In this document: positions 52,895 through 64,000 of the stretch, piece by piece
How positions within the stretch are numbered: the stretch's first letter is position 1
Layout of the letters: each line of letters begins with the position of its first letter
Assembly (NCBI RefSeq): GCF_006345805.1
Contig: NC_043003.1
Coordinates: 26,908,001-26,972,000, forward strand
Direction: 5' to 3'
DNA length: 64,000 nt
Source of the DNA: Octopus sinensis
Lineage: Eukaryota
Program-made: the position numbers and the translations under genes
The notes under the pieces: generated by a model
The model's input: the letters and a program-made list of their open reading frames with translations, nothing else
Told to the model about the DNA's origin: nothing
The model's database searches: none

Positions 52895-53820
52895 TCGTAG
52901 CGAGCTGGCAGATTTGATGTAATTGACTTGTCCCCTTGCCCGAACTTGCTGGCTTTGTGCAAAAATTTGAAACCGATATTTAATCCGGTTCTTTACTTTC
53001 TTAGCCCAAATCCCGCAGGTGGACTTTGCCTTCCATCGCTTAGGGACCGGTTAAATTGATATAACACTCAAGTAATCGACTAACCCCTCACTTCAAAATT
53101 TCTGGCCTAGTGCCAAAATTTGAAAAATTATTATTACTAAAACGGCGAGCTGGCAGAATCGTTAGCATGCCAGGCGAAATGCTTAGCAGTATTTCGTCTG
53201 CCGCTACGTTCGGAGTTCAAATTCCGCCGAGGTCGGCTTTGCCTTTCATCCTTTCGGAGTCGATAAATTAAGTACCTGTTACGCACTGGGGTCGATATAA
53301 TCGACTTAATACGTATGTCTGTCCTTGTTTGTCTTCTCTGTGTTTAGCCCCTTGTGGGTAGTAAAGAAATAGATATTTCGTCTGTCTTTAGGCTCGTGGC
53401 TTAGTAGTTAGGGTATTCGGCTCGCGATCGTAGGGTCGCGATTTCGATTCCCGGCGGCGTATTGTGTCTTTGAGCAAGACAATTTATTTCACGGTGCTCC
53501 AGTTCACTCAGCTGACAAAATTGAGTAGTACCTGTATTTCAAAGGGCCAGCCTTGTCATACTCTGTGTCACGCTGCATCTCCCTGAGAAATATTTAAAGG
53601 GGTACGCGTGTCTGTGGAGTGCTCGGCCACTTGCACGTTAATCTCACGAGCAAGCTGTTCCTTTGATCGTATCAGCTGAGACCTTCGTCGTCGTAACCGA
53701 CGGAGTGCTCCTATAGGTTCTAAGTTCAAATTATACCGAGGTCGGCTTTGTCTTTCATCCTTTTGTTACTAGATAAAATGAGTACCAGTTGAGTACTAGG
53801 GTCGATGTAATCGATTTAAC
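52895..53820 (+). mobile_element. Nin-SINE cluster with a nested, different tRNA-derived SINE (53391-53712)
   Basis: Nin-SINE units surround GGCTCGTGGCTTAGTAGTTAGGG..TTCGATTCCC..GTGTCTTTGAGCAAGAC (tRNA head plus CORE-like body). Confidence 0.65.
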
Positions 53821-53903
53821 TACTCCTAAATAAGAGTATAAAAATTGCACCCCTCTGCCAAGCCATGTCCAGCCAGATGCTCATCAAACCAGCATCATCT
53901 CAA

Positions 53904-54070
53904 CAGGGTTGGCCCTGGGGTTGCTGGCGCCCCGGGCAAGCTGAACTTCGGCGTGTGCAAGCTGACAGTCGTGGAAATTTCCTTATCTTTGTTACGTTCT
54001 TCTTGGCGCCACTTAGCACATGGCGCTCCAGGCGACTGCCCGAGTTTCCTAGTACCTTGAGCCGGCCCTC
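53904..54070. mobile_element. hAT-like GC-rich MITE
   Basis: Ends CAGGGTTGGCCCT / GAGCCGGCCCTC with internal GGCGCC repeats. No clear TSD. Confidence 0.45.
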
Positions 54071-54380
54071 CACATCAGACCGTGGCTGGTGGAGAGAACA
54101 GTGAACTGAACACAGGTAGTCGAGTTCAATCTAAAACCGCTCCCTAGGTTTATGATGAGAGCTTTTCTTTCTGTTTAGCTCCCCTTAAGATATCTGTTTG
54201 GACAGCCTTCCGTCTGCCATTCTGAGAGCATGGCCAGGTCAACGCATCTTGTTCAAAATTTTCCGTTTCTCAATGATGTTGCTGCTGCTTTCTCAAGTGC
54301 AACAATGCTAGGTGTGTGAGAGGACCACTTTATGTTCAAGATGCGCCGGATGCAATGCTAATGGAATCTTTCCAACTGCT
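54070..54380 (-). mobile_element. RTE-like LINE C-terminal fragment
   Basis: Minus strand translates to GHALRMADGRLSKQIS*GEL...KPRERF, resembling the RTE GHVxRMxDxRLPKQI motif. Confidence 0.55.
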
Positions 54381-56027
54381 TGTGTATGTGTGTGTACGTA
54401 TGTGTGTGTGTGCGCGCGCATCTAAGTGTATGGAGACGTGTAGACGTCGATGTGACGTGTAGGAAGTCACGTATTTTGGATCTCTACAAATGAAAAATTT
54501 TGAATGGAAAAAAACAGCAAGTGATATTTTTGTTTATTTCATTTGTTTATTTGTTCGTTCGTTTGTTTTACTCTTTTACTCTTTTACTTGTTTCAGTCAT
54601 TTGACTGCGGCCATGCTGGAGCACCGCCTTTAGTCGAGCAAATCGACCCCGGGACTTATTCTTTGTAAGCCCAGTACTTATTCTATCGGTCTCTTTTGCC
54701 GAACCGCTAAGTGTTGTTTTTATTATTTTACTTCTTTCATTCATCGGACTGCGACCAACTGGGGTCTCCACCGTGAAAGGGGTTTTATTTTAGCCAAAGA
54801 AATTGATCCCTGTACTTTATTTTTTAAAATGGCTGGTAGTTATGTTATTTCTATCGGCACTCTTTTGCTGAACCACTAAGTTACTTGATATCCAACACTG
54901 GATATCAAGATGTGGGGAATACAAACGCAAAGACACTCACTCACATAGTCTCTCTCTCTCTCTCTCCCTCCCTCTCTCGTTCTCTCTCTCTCACTCACAC
55001 ACACACACACTCACGATCATCATCCACATGGCTTCCATCTACCAAATTCACTCACAAGGCATTGGTCGGCCCAGAGGCTTACAGCAGAAGACACCTGCCC
55101 AATGTGCTGCGCAGTGGGGCTGAACCTGGAACCACGTGGTTACAAAGCCTGTTTCTCAACCATATAGCCACGCCTGCGCCTATTTATTTATTTATTTACC
55201 TTTTTTCACCTGAGTAAGTAAACGCAAATTTGCAAAAGAAAACTAAATAAATTATTAATAAAAAAAAAAATCTACCGGAATATATTAGCATGTATTTGCA
55301 TAAATTTATTCAGTGTTGTAGCAAATAGACAATCTATCTCTTGTATTCAGCGATTTCATTAATGCAAGACAATATAATCGAAACGGTATCCGTTAAGTTT
55401 CTTACGAAACCCAATGTCCGGCGATTAATATGTGAGAAACAGGGAGTCGAAGTAGGAGGAGGAAGGAGAGAGATAGAGTGAGAGAGACGTAGGGAGGAAG
55501 CATGCGTGAGACAAAAGGAAAAGGAAATGATTAAGATGTATGGAAAGGGATAGAAATGTTTAGAGGAAGTGTGTGTTGTAGGGGGGGGGAGTAAAAGACT
55601 AAGATGTAGAGAAGAACAAAGAGAGGGAGAGAAACAGAGAGAGAGAGAGAGAGAGAAACAGACAGACAGACAGAAGGGACGAGCGGGAGTGAAGAACAAA
55701 GACGTTTGGAAAGAGAATGAGATAGAGTCAGGGAGACTCAGAGGTGTAGAGAGGAAGTGTGTACGTGATAGGGGTGGGGGATGAAAAGAGTAAGACGTAT
55801 GGAAAGAGAAAGAAAGAGACAGAGAGGGGGTAGCGGTGAGAGGAAATGTGAATAATAGGGGGTAGGAGAGCAAAAACATTTAAGGAGTAAGATTAGAAAG
55901 GAAAAGGGTCTATAAAATTCAGAATGTGAAAATGTATCTATGTATATATATATGTGTGTGTGTGTAAGTGTGTGTGTGTGTGTGCGTAAACTATATTTGT
56001 GTGTGTCTGTGCTTACGTGTGTGTATA

Positions 56028-56940
56028 CCTATATATATAAAACTGTAGTTGTGTGAGTGTCTGTCCCCTTCGATTTAGATTCCTAACTACTCCCACATTT
56101 TGCGGTGCAGTTTAACCAAATTCGAGTATCTTATAGTCGTGATTAATATCGAGCCCGTCTGAGTATTAGCGCGCGTCTACGGTGAGTCTACGATATTAAA
56201 AATAATTTAACATCATTTTTTTATTCCATTTTAATGCATAATTTTTCGTGTGTCGATGGCGGCGGAGTTGGCGTCCACGCTCAAACACCTGCACCTGTGT
56301 TTGCTTCTCCCCCTTCTTCCCTCCCTCGTGAAGCTGTGGGGAAGGGAGTGTAAGGAAATCAACGTCGTAAAGCGTTGTCAAGGAGACCAACGTTCTTTTA
56401 GAACAACGACTTCATGGCTTGAAGACACCAAAACAGAAATGGCTAAGAAAGGCCAAATTGGCATCTATAAGGGAAGTAACTCTCTAAAAATGCTTATATA
56501 GTTATTTCCCTTACAAACCCGAGCAACGCCGGGCGATACTGCTAGTATATATATAAAAGAGAGGTTGTGTGCTGTCTGTCTCCTACGATTTAGATTCCTA
56601 ACTACTCCCACATTTTACGGTGCAGTTTAACCAAAACCGGGTATCTTATAGTCGTGATTCATATCGAGCCCTTCTGGGTATTAACGCGCGTCTACGATGA
56701 GTCTACGATTTTTAAAAAAACTTACCATCATTTTTTTCCATTTTAATGCATTTTTCGCTATTATATAAGGGAAGTAACTCTCTAAAAATGTCTACGATGA
56801 GTCAACGATTTTTAAAAAAATTTACCATAATTTTTTTCCATTTTTAATGCATTTTTTGCTACTTTTTGGCTATAACTCTCTAAAAATGCTTATATAGTTA
56901 TTTCCCTTACAAACCCGAGCAACGCCGGGCGATACTGCTA

Positions 56941-56941
<1 letters not shown>
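56028..56941 (+). mobile_element. Two head-to-tail non-autonomous Helitrons
   Basis: Units 56028-56545 and 56546-56941 each end CCCGAGCAACGCCGGGCGATACTGCTAG. The second unit has an internal partial duplication. Confidence 0.8.
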
Positions 56942-56978
<37 letters not shown>

Positions 56979-57169
56979 GCGCGCAAACGCATTTGTACTC
57001 GCATATATATAAATATGTATAAGAATGTATGCATGTATAGATTATATATATATGCAGACACTTGTGTATATATACGCGCTAACATGTGTGTGTGTGTGTG
57101 TGCGAGAGTAAACATATTTGTATGCAAGTCAGTATTAGCTACAAAAGAGGAATAAAAAGAAGGCGAAGG

Positions 57170-57184
57170 TAATGATGACGATGA

Positions 57185-57218
<34 letters not shown>

Positions 57219-57402
57219 GGTGGTGGTGGTGGTGGTGGTGGGTGGTGGTGATGAGGAAGAGGAGGAGAGTGATGACGACGACGATACAAGGTTGATGATT
57301 GTAATGGTGATGACGACGACGATTCATTACCATCATCACACTGAAGGAGATGAAGAAGAAGAAGGGGGAGAAGGAGGAGGAGAAGAACGACGACAACAAC
57401 AA
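57170..57402. repeat. Compound trinucleotide repeat
   Basis: (GAT)n(GGT)n(GAC)n(GAA)n(GGA)n(CAA)n. Confidence 0.9.
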
Positions 57403-58065
57403 TAACACAAAAGATGTGAAGCAAATGCCGCAGAGGAAAAAATTTATATTAGCAAGAAAGATTTAAAGATAACAAAACAAAAGAAAACATGCAAAACAAA
57501 TTCGTGTTAAAAAAAAACGAAAATAAAAAGCGCAAAGAAATTCGTGTTAAAAAAATAACATAAAAGAAGTGTTAAAAAAATAACATAAAAGAAGCGTAAA
57601 AACCTATTTTGACAAAAATATTTCTGTGTCGTTGACCGGGTGACCGAACTTTGACAGTTACTGGTCGGCCAGATTTGATTGGCAAATAAGTGTGCATGAC
57701 GTCACAGCTTGATCTTTTCTTTATGCAATTAGAAACTGAAATGATAATTGTAATGTGAGATAAACTGTATATTTGAATATATGTATATCTATATACATTT
57801 ATGTAACTCACTGTTTCTCCTCCCTCCCTCCCTTGTTTATCTATTTCTCTATCTAGGCGCAGGCGTGGCTGCGTGGTAAGACGTTTTGCCACTGAACCTC
57901 ATGGCTCAAGGTTTCAGTCCCGCTGCGCGGTATCTAGCCCCAGGCCGACCAAAGCCTTGTGAGTGGATTTGGTAGACGGAAACTGAAAGAAGCCCGTCGT
58001 ATATATACATGTATATACATATATATGTGTGTGTGTGTGTGTATACACGTACATACATACACACA

Positions 58066-58149
<84 letters not shown>

Positions 58150-58184
58150 TACATATATATATAATTAAATATATATATATATAT

Positions 58185-58224
<40 letters not shown>

Positions 58225-58264
58225 CAAATTATATATTATATATATATATAATATATATATTGGT

Positions 58265-58618
58265 TATCCGTAATAATGAAGGGTGAAATTAATTAATTTG
58301 GAAAAATTATCAATTACACCAAGTAGTTCTTCGGCATGTAAAAACCTCATTCGAGGAAAATTTAAGTAATACTAAGCAATAAGGGTTTAGCAACGAGTTG
58401 CCTTACCACATACCGAATTTAGAAATAGCAGTCAAAGGGTTATAGCTATTTCTTCTACTAAAAAGGGAGATCTCAGTAAAAACAGCAGTAAATCTCAGTA
58501 AAAAAATGCTGTTTTTACTGAGATCTCCTTTTTAGTAGAAGAAATAGCTATAACCCTTTGACTGCTATTTCTAAATTCGGTATGTGTAAGGCAACTCGTT
58601 GCTAACCCTTATTGCTTA

Positions 58619-58621
<3 letters not shown>
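58265..58621. mobile_element. Fold-back element, same family, copy B (opposite orientation to A)
   Basis: The palindrome at 58370-58621 is homologous to 15325-15571, and the tail at 58265-58369 is the reverse complement of copy A's tail. Flanked by (TA)n. Confidence 0.75.
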
Positions 58622-58661
<40 letters not shown>

Positions 58662-58696
58662 AATATATACATATATATATACAAATATATATATAT

Positions 58697-58752
<56 letters not shown>

Positions 58753-58999
58753 TATATATATATATATATACATATATATAGTGTTGTGTTTGTCCACCAC
58801 CGGTGTTGACGTGTTTACATCCCTGTAACTTTGCGGTTCGACAAAAGGAACTGATGGAACAAGTATCACGCTTTAAAAAAAAACGTTTATCCTTTAAGTA
58901 TATATGAGCATGTCTAGACAAACAATCATGTGCGTGAGAATACATACACATACATAAAACAGAACATACAAATCTGCACACATACATACATATGTAGAT

Positions 59000-59032
<33 letters not shown>

Positions 59033-59759
59033 GGGTGGATGGATGGATGGATGGATGGATGGACGGACGGACGGACGGACGGACGGATGGTTGGATTGAT
59101 GGATGGATGTGTATATATGAATCAACCCAAGTACTTATTTTATTCCTTTTAAGCCTGGTACTTTTTCCAAACGGGGACGTAAACATACCAGCATCGGTTG
59201 TCAACCGGTGATTTAGTACAAATACAATCACAAAGACACACACGCACGCACTCACGCACACACACACACATAACACACACATATATGTGACGGACTTCTT
59301 TCATTTTCCATCTACCAAATCCAGTCACAAAGCTTTGGTCGGCACGTCACTATAGAAGTCACTTACCCAAGGTGCCACGCAGTAGGACTGAACCCGGAAT
59401 TTTGTGGTTTGGAAGCAAGCTTCTTACCACACAGCCAAGCCTGCTTCTGTGTCTGTGTGCGTTTGTATATGTATATCAATTGTATATATTCATTCATATA
59501 TATATATATACATATATACACACACACATACAATTTATATGGTAATGTTATAATATAATATATACATGTATACATACACATACGCACACATACACACACG
59601 CGTGCACATATTTATAAAGCTTCAAAGTCACTCACGTAAAAATTATAAAGTAATATTTCAGCTTATTGTTAATTTTTTTTCATATATTTAACTTGACATA
59701 GAAATTACATTAAAATATATACAGGTACCCTTTGTGGGTCATTGCTGCATTTTTTACTA

Positions 59760-60909
59760 ACTCTGTATAATCTTAGTTTCAGAAAATAATATTAGCACAC
59801 CCTCAGCTTACTCAAGAAGTGAAGAGGTATGCTGTTATTGTGGTTATAAAGGCTGAGCATAGTGATTTAGAAATATCTCGATTTTTAAAAGTTGCCAGAT
59901 CTTTCGTCTACAAAGTTTGTAAGGAGTTAGAGGCTCAAGATGGAAACATATCACCAGTATCAAAGCATAAAAAGCATTCTAAACGCTCTGAAATCATCAG
60001 AACATTTGAATTTATCCAGCAAGTTCAACAGACCATTGATTACAATCCCAGAAAGTCCATGAGGTTAATTGCAAAAGATCTCCATGTGTGAGAAGAAACA
60101 GTCAGAAATGTTGTCCACGAAGGCATTAGATATGATGAGGAAAGGTCAGATCTAAAAGGCTCTTAAACAAACTGAAAAATCCAGCGGAAAATTTGATTTG
60201 GTTTTTCTCAAACAAGAAAAACTTCGACCAAGATCAAAAAGTTAACAGAAGAAATGAAAGATGGTTATGTGCAGACCGTTTTGAAGTTTCAAATGTTACG
60301 CATACAAATTTTCCTGCAACCGTCATGGTTTTAGGGGCTGTCAGCAATGAAGGGCATGTGATGTCTCCTCACTTCTTCCACAAGGCCTTAGAGTTAACTC
60401 TGTCGCCTACATGGAGGTCCTGGAAATAATTGTCAAGCCCTGGATAGACAGTAAATGCGATAGAAGGTCATATGTGTTTCAGTAAGACACTGCGCTATCA
60501 TACATTGCTCTAGTAATACAGGAATGGATGGCTGAAAATTTTCATGATCACATAACCCCTAATATTTGGCCTCCTAATTCCCCAGATCTCAATCTATTGG
60601 ACTATTACATGAGGGGCGTTGTTGAGAGAGAAGTCAATGAACACGCCCATAACACCAAAGATTCTTTGAAAGCTGCCATAGTCAGAATAGTGTACAAAAT
60701 GAACCAGGACGTCTTGATTCGAGCATGTAGATGATCTCATGTAGAAGCAGTTGTTGAAGCTGAAGGTGGCTTTATTGAATAACATTATAGAAAAGAAGAT
60801 TTATTTTTATCCTCATAGCATTTTTTGATAAATAAAGTTAGTATCTGTTATTATATATCTGTTTTTTTTTTATAAACATAATCTGTCCTCAAATATCTTA
60901 CGCACCCTG
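59760..60909 (+). mobile_element. Tc1/mariner (probably DD37D/maT) transposase pseudogene
   Basis: HTH-like N-terminus plus WFFSNKKNF, VMVLGAVSNEG and WPPNSPDLNLLDYY. Right TIR TGTCCTCAAATATCTTACGCACCCTG followed by TA. Confidence 0.85.
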
Positions 60910-60943
60910 TATATACACACACATATACAACTGCATGTATGTA

Positions 60944-60981
<38 letters not shown>

Positions 60982-61038
60982 TCTTTATCTTTATCTTTAG
61001 TTTCAGCTCACGTGCTGTGGCCATGCTGGGGCACCGCC

Positions 61039-61116
<78 letters not shown>

Positions 61117-61234
61117 CACCCTCCCCATATATATGTATATTACTAGATATTTAATCTATATATATTTATATGCCCACACCCACACACACATATGTATATA
61201 TAAATATACGTGTATGTAATATACATACAAACGT

Positions 61235-61290
<56 letters not shown>

Positions 61291-61714
61291 CTATGTACTA
61301 TATATAAATCATAGCCGCCTTTGTCGGTATGTTAATTCGTCTGTTTTTGTTTTGCGAAACATTTAGTACATCTATAAAATGTAAACATTATTTCATCATC
61401 CATTTCTACATTTACAACCTGGTCACTGACACAGTTTCATTACATCTTTTGAGAAACAGTTGGTGTTTTGTTCTACTACACCGTGGTTGAGATTTGCAAG
61501 TCTTTTCTTTCTTTTTTTCTTTCTTTGTTCTATTTTTTTCTCTTAAATTTCCGCCCACGTTTTTCTCAGACCAGGCCAACAACTGACTGGTTTCAATCCA
61601 GTTAAATGCAATGAAGTAATCTCAGCAAAATTATTAGACACCTTATGTTTTATGGAACAATGCTATTAATATCTTCAGACAATAAGACAGCACTCCGGGC
61701 AAACTTTTTGACGG

Positions 61715-62360
61715 CATTTTGTTCGTTTTACGGTCTGAGTTCAAATCCTGCCTTTCATACTTTGGGGATCAATAAAATAAATACCAGCTGAGAGCTGAGG
61801 TCGATGTAAACGACTTACCCCTTCCCCCAAAATTGCTGGCTTTATGCCAAAATTTGAAATCATTATCAAAAGGCGGCGTGCTGGCAGAAACGTTAGTACG
61901 CCGGGCGAAATGTGTAGCCGTATTTCGTCTGCCGTTACATTCTGAGTTCAAAATTCCGCCGAGGTAGTAAAGAAATAGGTATTTCTTCTGTCTTCACGTT
62001 CTGAGTTCAAATTCCGCCGAGGTCGATTTTGCCTTTCATCCTTTCGGGGTCAATAAATTAAGTACCAGTTACGCACTGGAGTCGATATAATCAACTTAAT
62101 CAGTTTGTCTGTCTTTGTTTGTCCCCTCTATGTTTAGCCCCCTGTGGGCAATAAAGAAATAAGAATCGTTAGCACGCTGAGTGAAATACTTAGCGGCATG
62201 TCGTCTGATTTCACGCTATCTGTTCAAATTCTGCCAGGATCGACTTTGCGTTTCATCCTTTTCGGGGTCGATAAAAAGTACCAATGAAACACTGGGGTCA
62301 ATGCAATCGACTAGTCCCCTCCCCCAAAATTTCAGGCCTTGTGCTTTTAGTAGAAAGGAT
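61715..62360 (+). mobile_element. Tandem Nin-SINE cluster
   Basis: Three to four head-to-tail units. Confidence 0.7.
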
Positions 62361-62404
62361 TATTGCTATTATTATTTTTATTCCTTCGTAACACAGGGCA
62401 GGTA

Positions 62405-63465
62405 AAAATGCACCGGAGTTTTTAGTCATCTATCAAGTCACAACAAGAATCTCAGACAGATAATACTTTCCTTAAGATGTGTACGGTGCCCATTAAGGCT
62501 GCTTTTTGCAAGACATCAATCTTGCATGGGATTTCCAGTTGCCTTACGAAGTCTTGAAATTCCAATGGGATTGAGCCCAGCGCTCTGATCACCACTGGTA
62601 TCACTTCTACATTACCCTCTCGTATTCCTTACAGTCTTGCCATTTCCACTTTCAATTCGGAGAACTTGGTGATTTTTTCAACCTCTTTTCTCACAACATT
62701 CATGTCATTTGGTATGGCTACATCAATCATCTGAGGGTATTTGTCTCTCTTAAGGCGGCGAGCTGGCAGAAACGTTAGCACGCCGGGCGAAATGCGAAGC
62801 CGTATTTCGTCTGCCGTTGCGTTCTGAGTTCAAATTCCGCCGAGGTCGACTTTGCCTTTCATCCTTTCGGGGTCGATTAAATAAGTACCAGTTACGCACC
62901 GGGGTCGAAATAATCGACTTAATCCGTTTGTCTGTCCTTGTTTGTCCCTTCTATGTTTAGCCCCTTGTGGGTAGTAAAGAAATAGGTATTTGTCCCTCTT
63001 ATTCAATATGACAATATCCGGTTGATAGTGTACGATTACACGATCCGTTTGAAAATCATAATCTCAGAGTATTGTTACTTTTCCATCCTCCTGCATAACT
63101 TTACTTGGTACATGCTCATACCAGTTCTCTGTTACTTCATATTGGTATTTACGGCATAAGAGCCAATGAAGATACACACACGCTTTATCGTGACGGCGTT
63201 GGTATTCTTTTTGTGCAAGGCTCACACATTCACTTACCAAGTGGGTCACATTGTCCACGCTCTTTCCACAGAGTCTACATTTCTGGGTGTCAGAAGTTTT
63301 ATAGATGTTATACTTCACTGAATTGGTAGCGAGAGCCTGGTCTTGTGCAGCAATGATCAGACGTTCGGTGGTACGCTTCAAATAACCTCGCTCAAGCCAT
63401 GCCCACGATGCTGAATTATCCTTAACGTCTTGTCTGTTCCTTTCAAACTGTCTATGCATTTTCAT
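62405..63465 (-). mobile_element. Restriction-endonuclease-type (R4/NeSL-like) non-LTR retrotransposon 3' fragment, interrupted by a SINE
   Basis: IAAQDQALAT, CRLCG..THLVSEC..RRHD (CCHC/RHD), then PDIVI...IDVAIP...EKITK (PD-D/ExK nuclease) and VIPVVI.ALG. Confidence 0.85.
62752..62984 (+). mobile_element. Full-length tRNA-derived SINE with Nin/Deu-like central domain
   Basis: A-box-like GAGCTGGCAGAAACG, B-box GAGTTCAAATTCC, core GCCTTTCATCCTTTCGGGGTCGAT..AAGTACCAG and a 16-bp TSD GGTATTTGTC(T/C)CTCTT. Confidence 0.85.
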
Positions 63466-63859
63466 TACTATTATTATTATTATTATTATTATTAATAATA
63501 TTTTTATTAAGGGTGTGAGCTGGTAGAAGCGTTAGCATACGCTTTACATGCTTTCGGGGTCGATGAAGTAAGTACCAGTTGAACATTGGGGTCGATGTAA
63601 TCGACTCTACTGCTCCTCCAAAAATTCGGGTCTTGTGCCTATAACAGAAAGGACTATTATTTTTGTTGTTGTTTTGTTGTTGTTATCAAAGCTGCGAACT
63701 AACAGAATCTTTAGTGCGTCGAACAAAATACTCAGCAGCATTACTTCGAGACTCTATACGTTCTTGGTTAGTTGGTTAGTTTGTCCTGTTCTTACATCAT
63801 ATAGAAAATTTGGGGTCCAGTCGGTTAGGCGACCCAAATACGTAATTTATTCCCCTCGA

Positions 63860-64000
63860 AAAGCAAAGCCGACCTTGGCGGAATTTGAACTCAGAACGTA
63901 ACGGCAGACGAAGTACCTATTTCTTTACTACCCACAAGGGGCTAAACACAGAGGGAACAAACAAGGACAGACAAACGGATTAAGTCGATTTTATCGACCG
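63860..64000 (-). mobile_element. Nin-SINE copies running off the window end
   Basis: Same arrangement as 378-600. Confidence 0.7.

Noticed and set aside
53391-53455. tRNA-like sequence
   Set aside because: Continues into a SINE body and the acceptor stem is imperfect, so it is a SINE head rather than a tRNA gene.
56870-57424. Poly-His/Pro/Ser ORFs
   Set aside because: Compound trinucleotide repeat with no domain or splice support.

Overview
AT-rich, microsatellite-dense eukaryotic DNA with one 100-N gap. The SINE families suggest an octopus/cephalopod genome, which is an inference from repeat recognition. The only protein-coding gene I can support is a four-exon, minus-strand Kruppel-like factor of the KLF5 type: CDS 36625-36503, 23068-21820, 21134-21075 and 20254-20067, giving 539 aa with GT-AG introns in compatible phases. 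It has a TATA(-31)/Inr promoter at about 37318, a ~690-nt leader with no ATG, and conserved Fbw7-degron, PPxY and SUMO motifs. The rest is repeats: tRNA-derived SINEs, CR1-, RTE- and REL-type LINE fragments, Tc1/mariner fossils and MITEs, hAT MITEs, non-autonomous Helitrons and a decayed U2 snRNA copy. The most unusual signal is a set of fold-back (hairpin) elements, several sitting in (TA)n, whose arms match within a copy but differ between copies. Several of them carry minimal type-I hammerhead-ribozyme-like motifs, including a tandem pair with a compensatory G3:C8 core variant. This suggests a Penelope-like/retrozyme-type system. All alignments and folds were done by eye.
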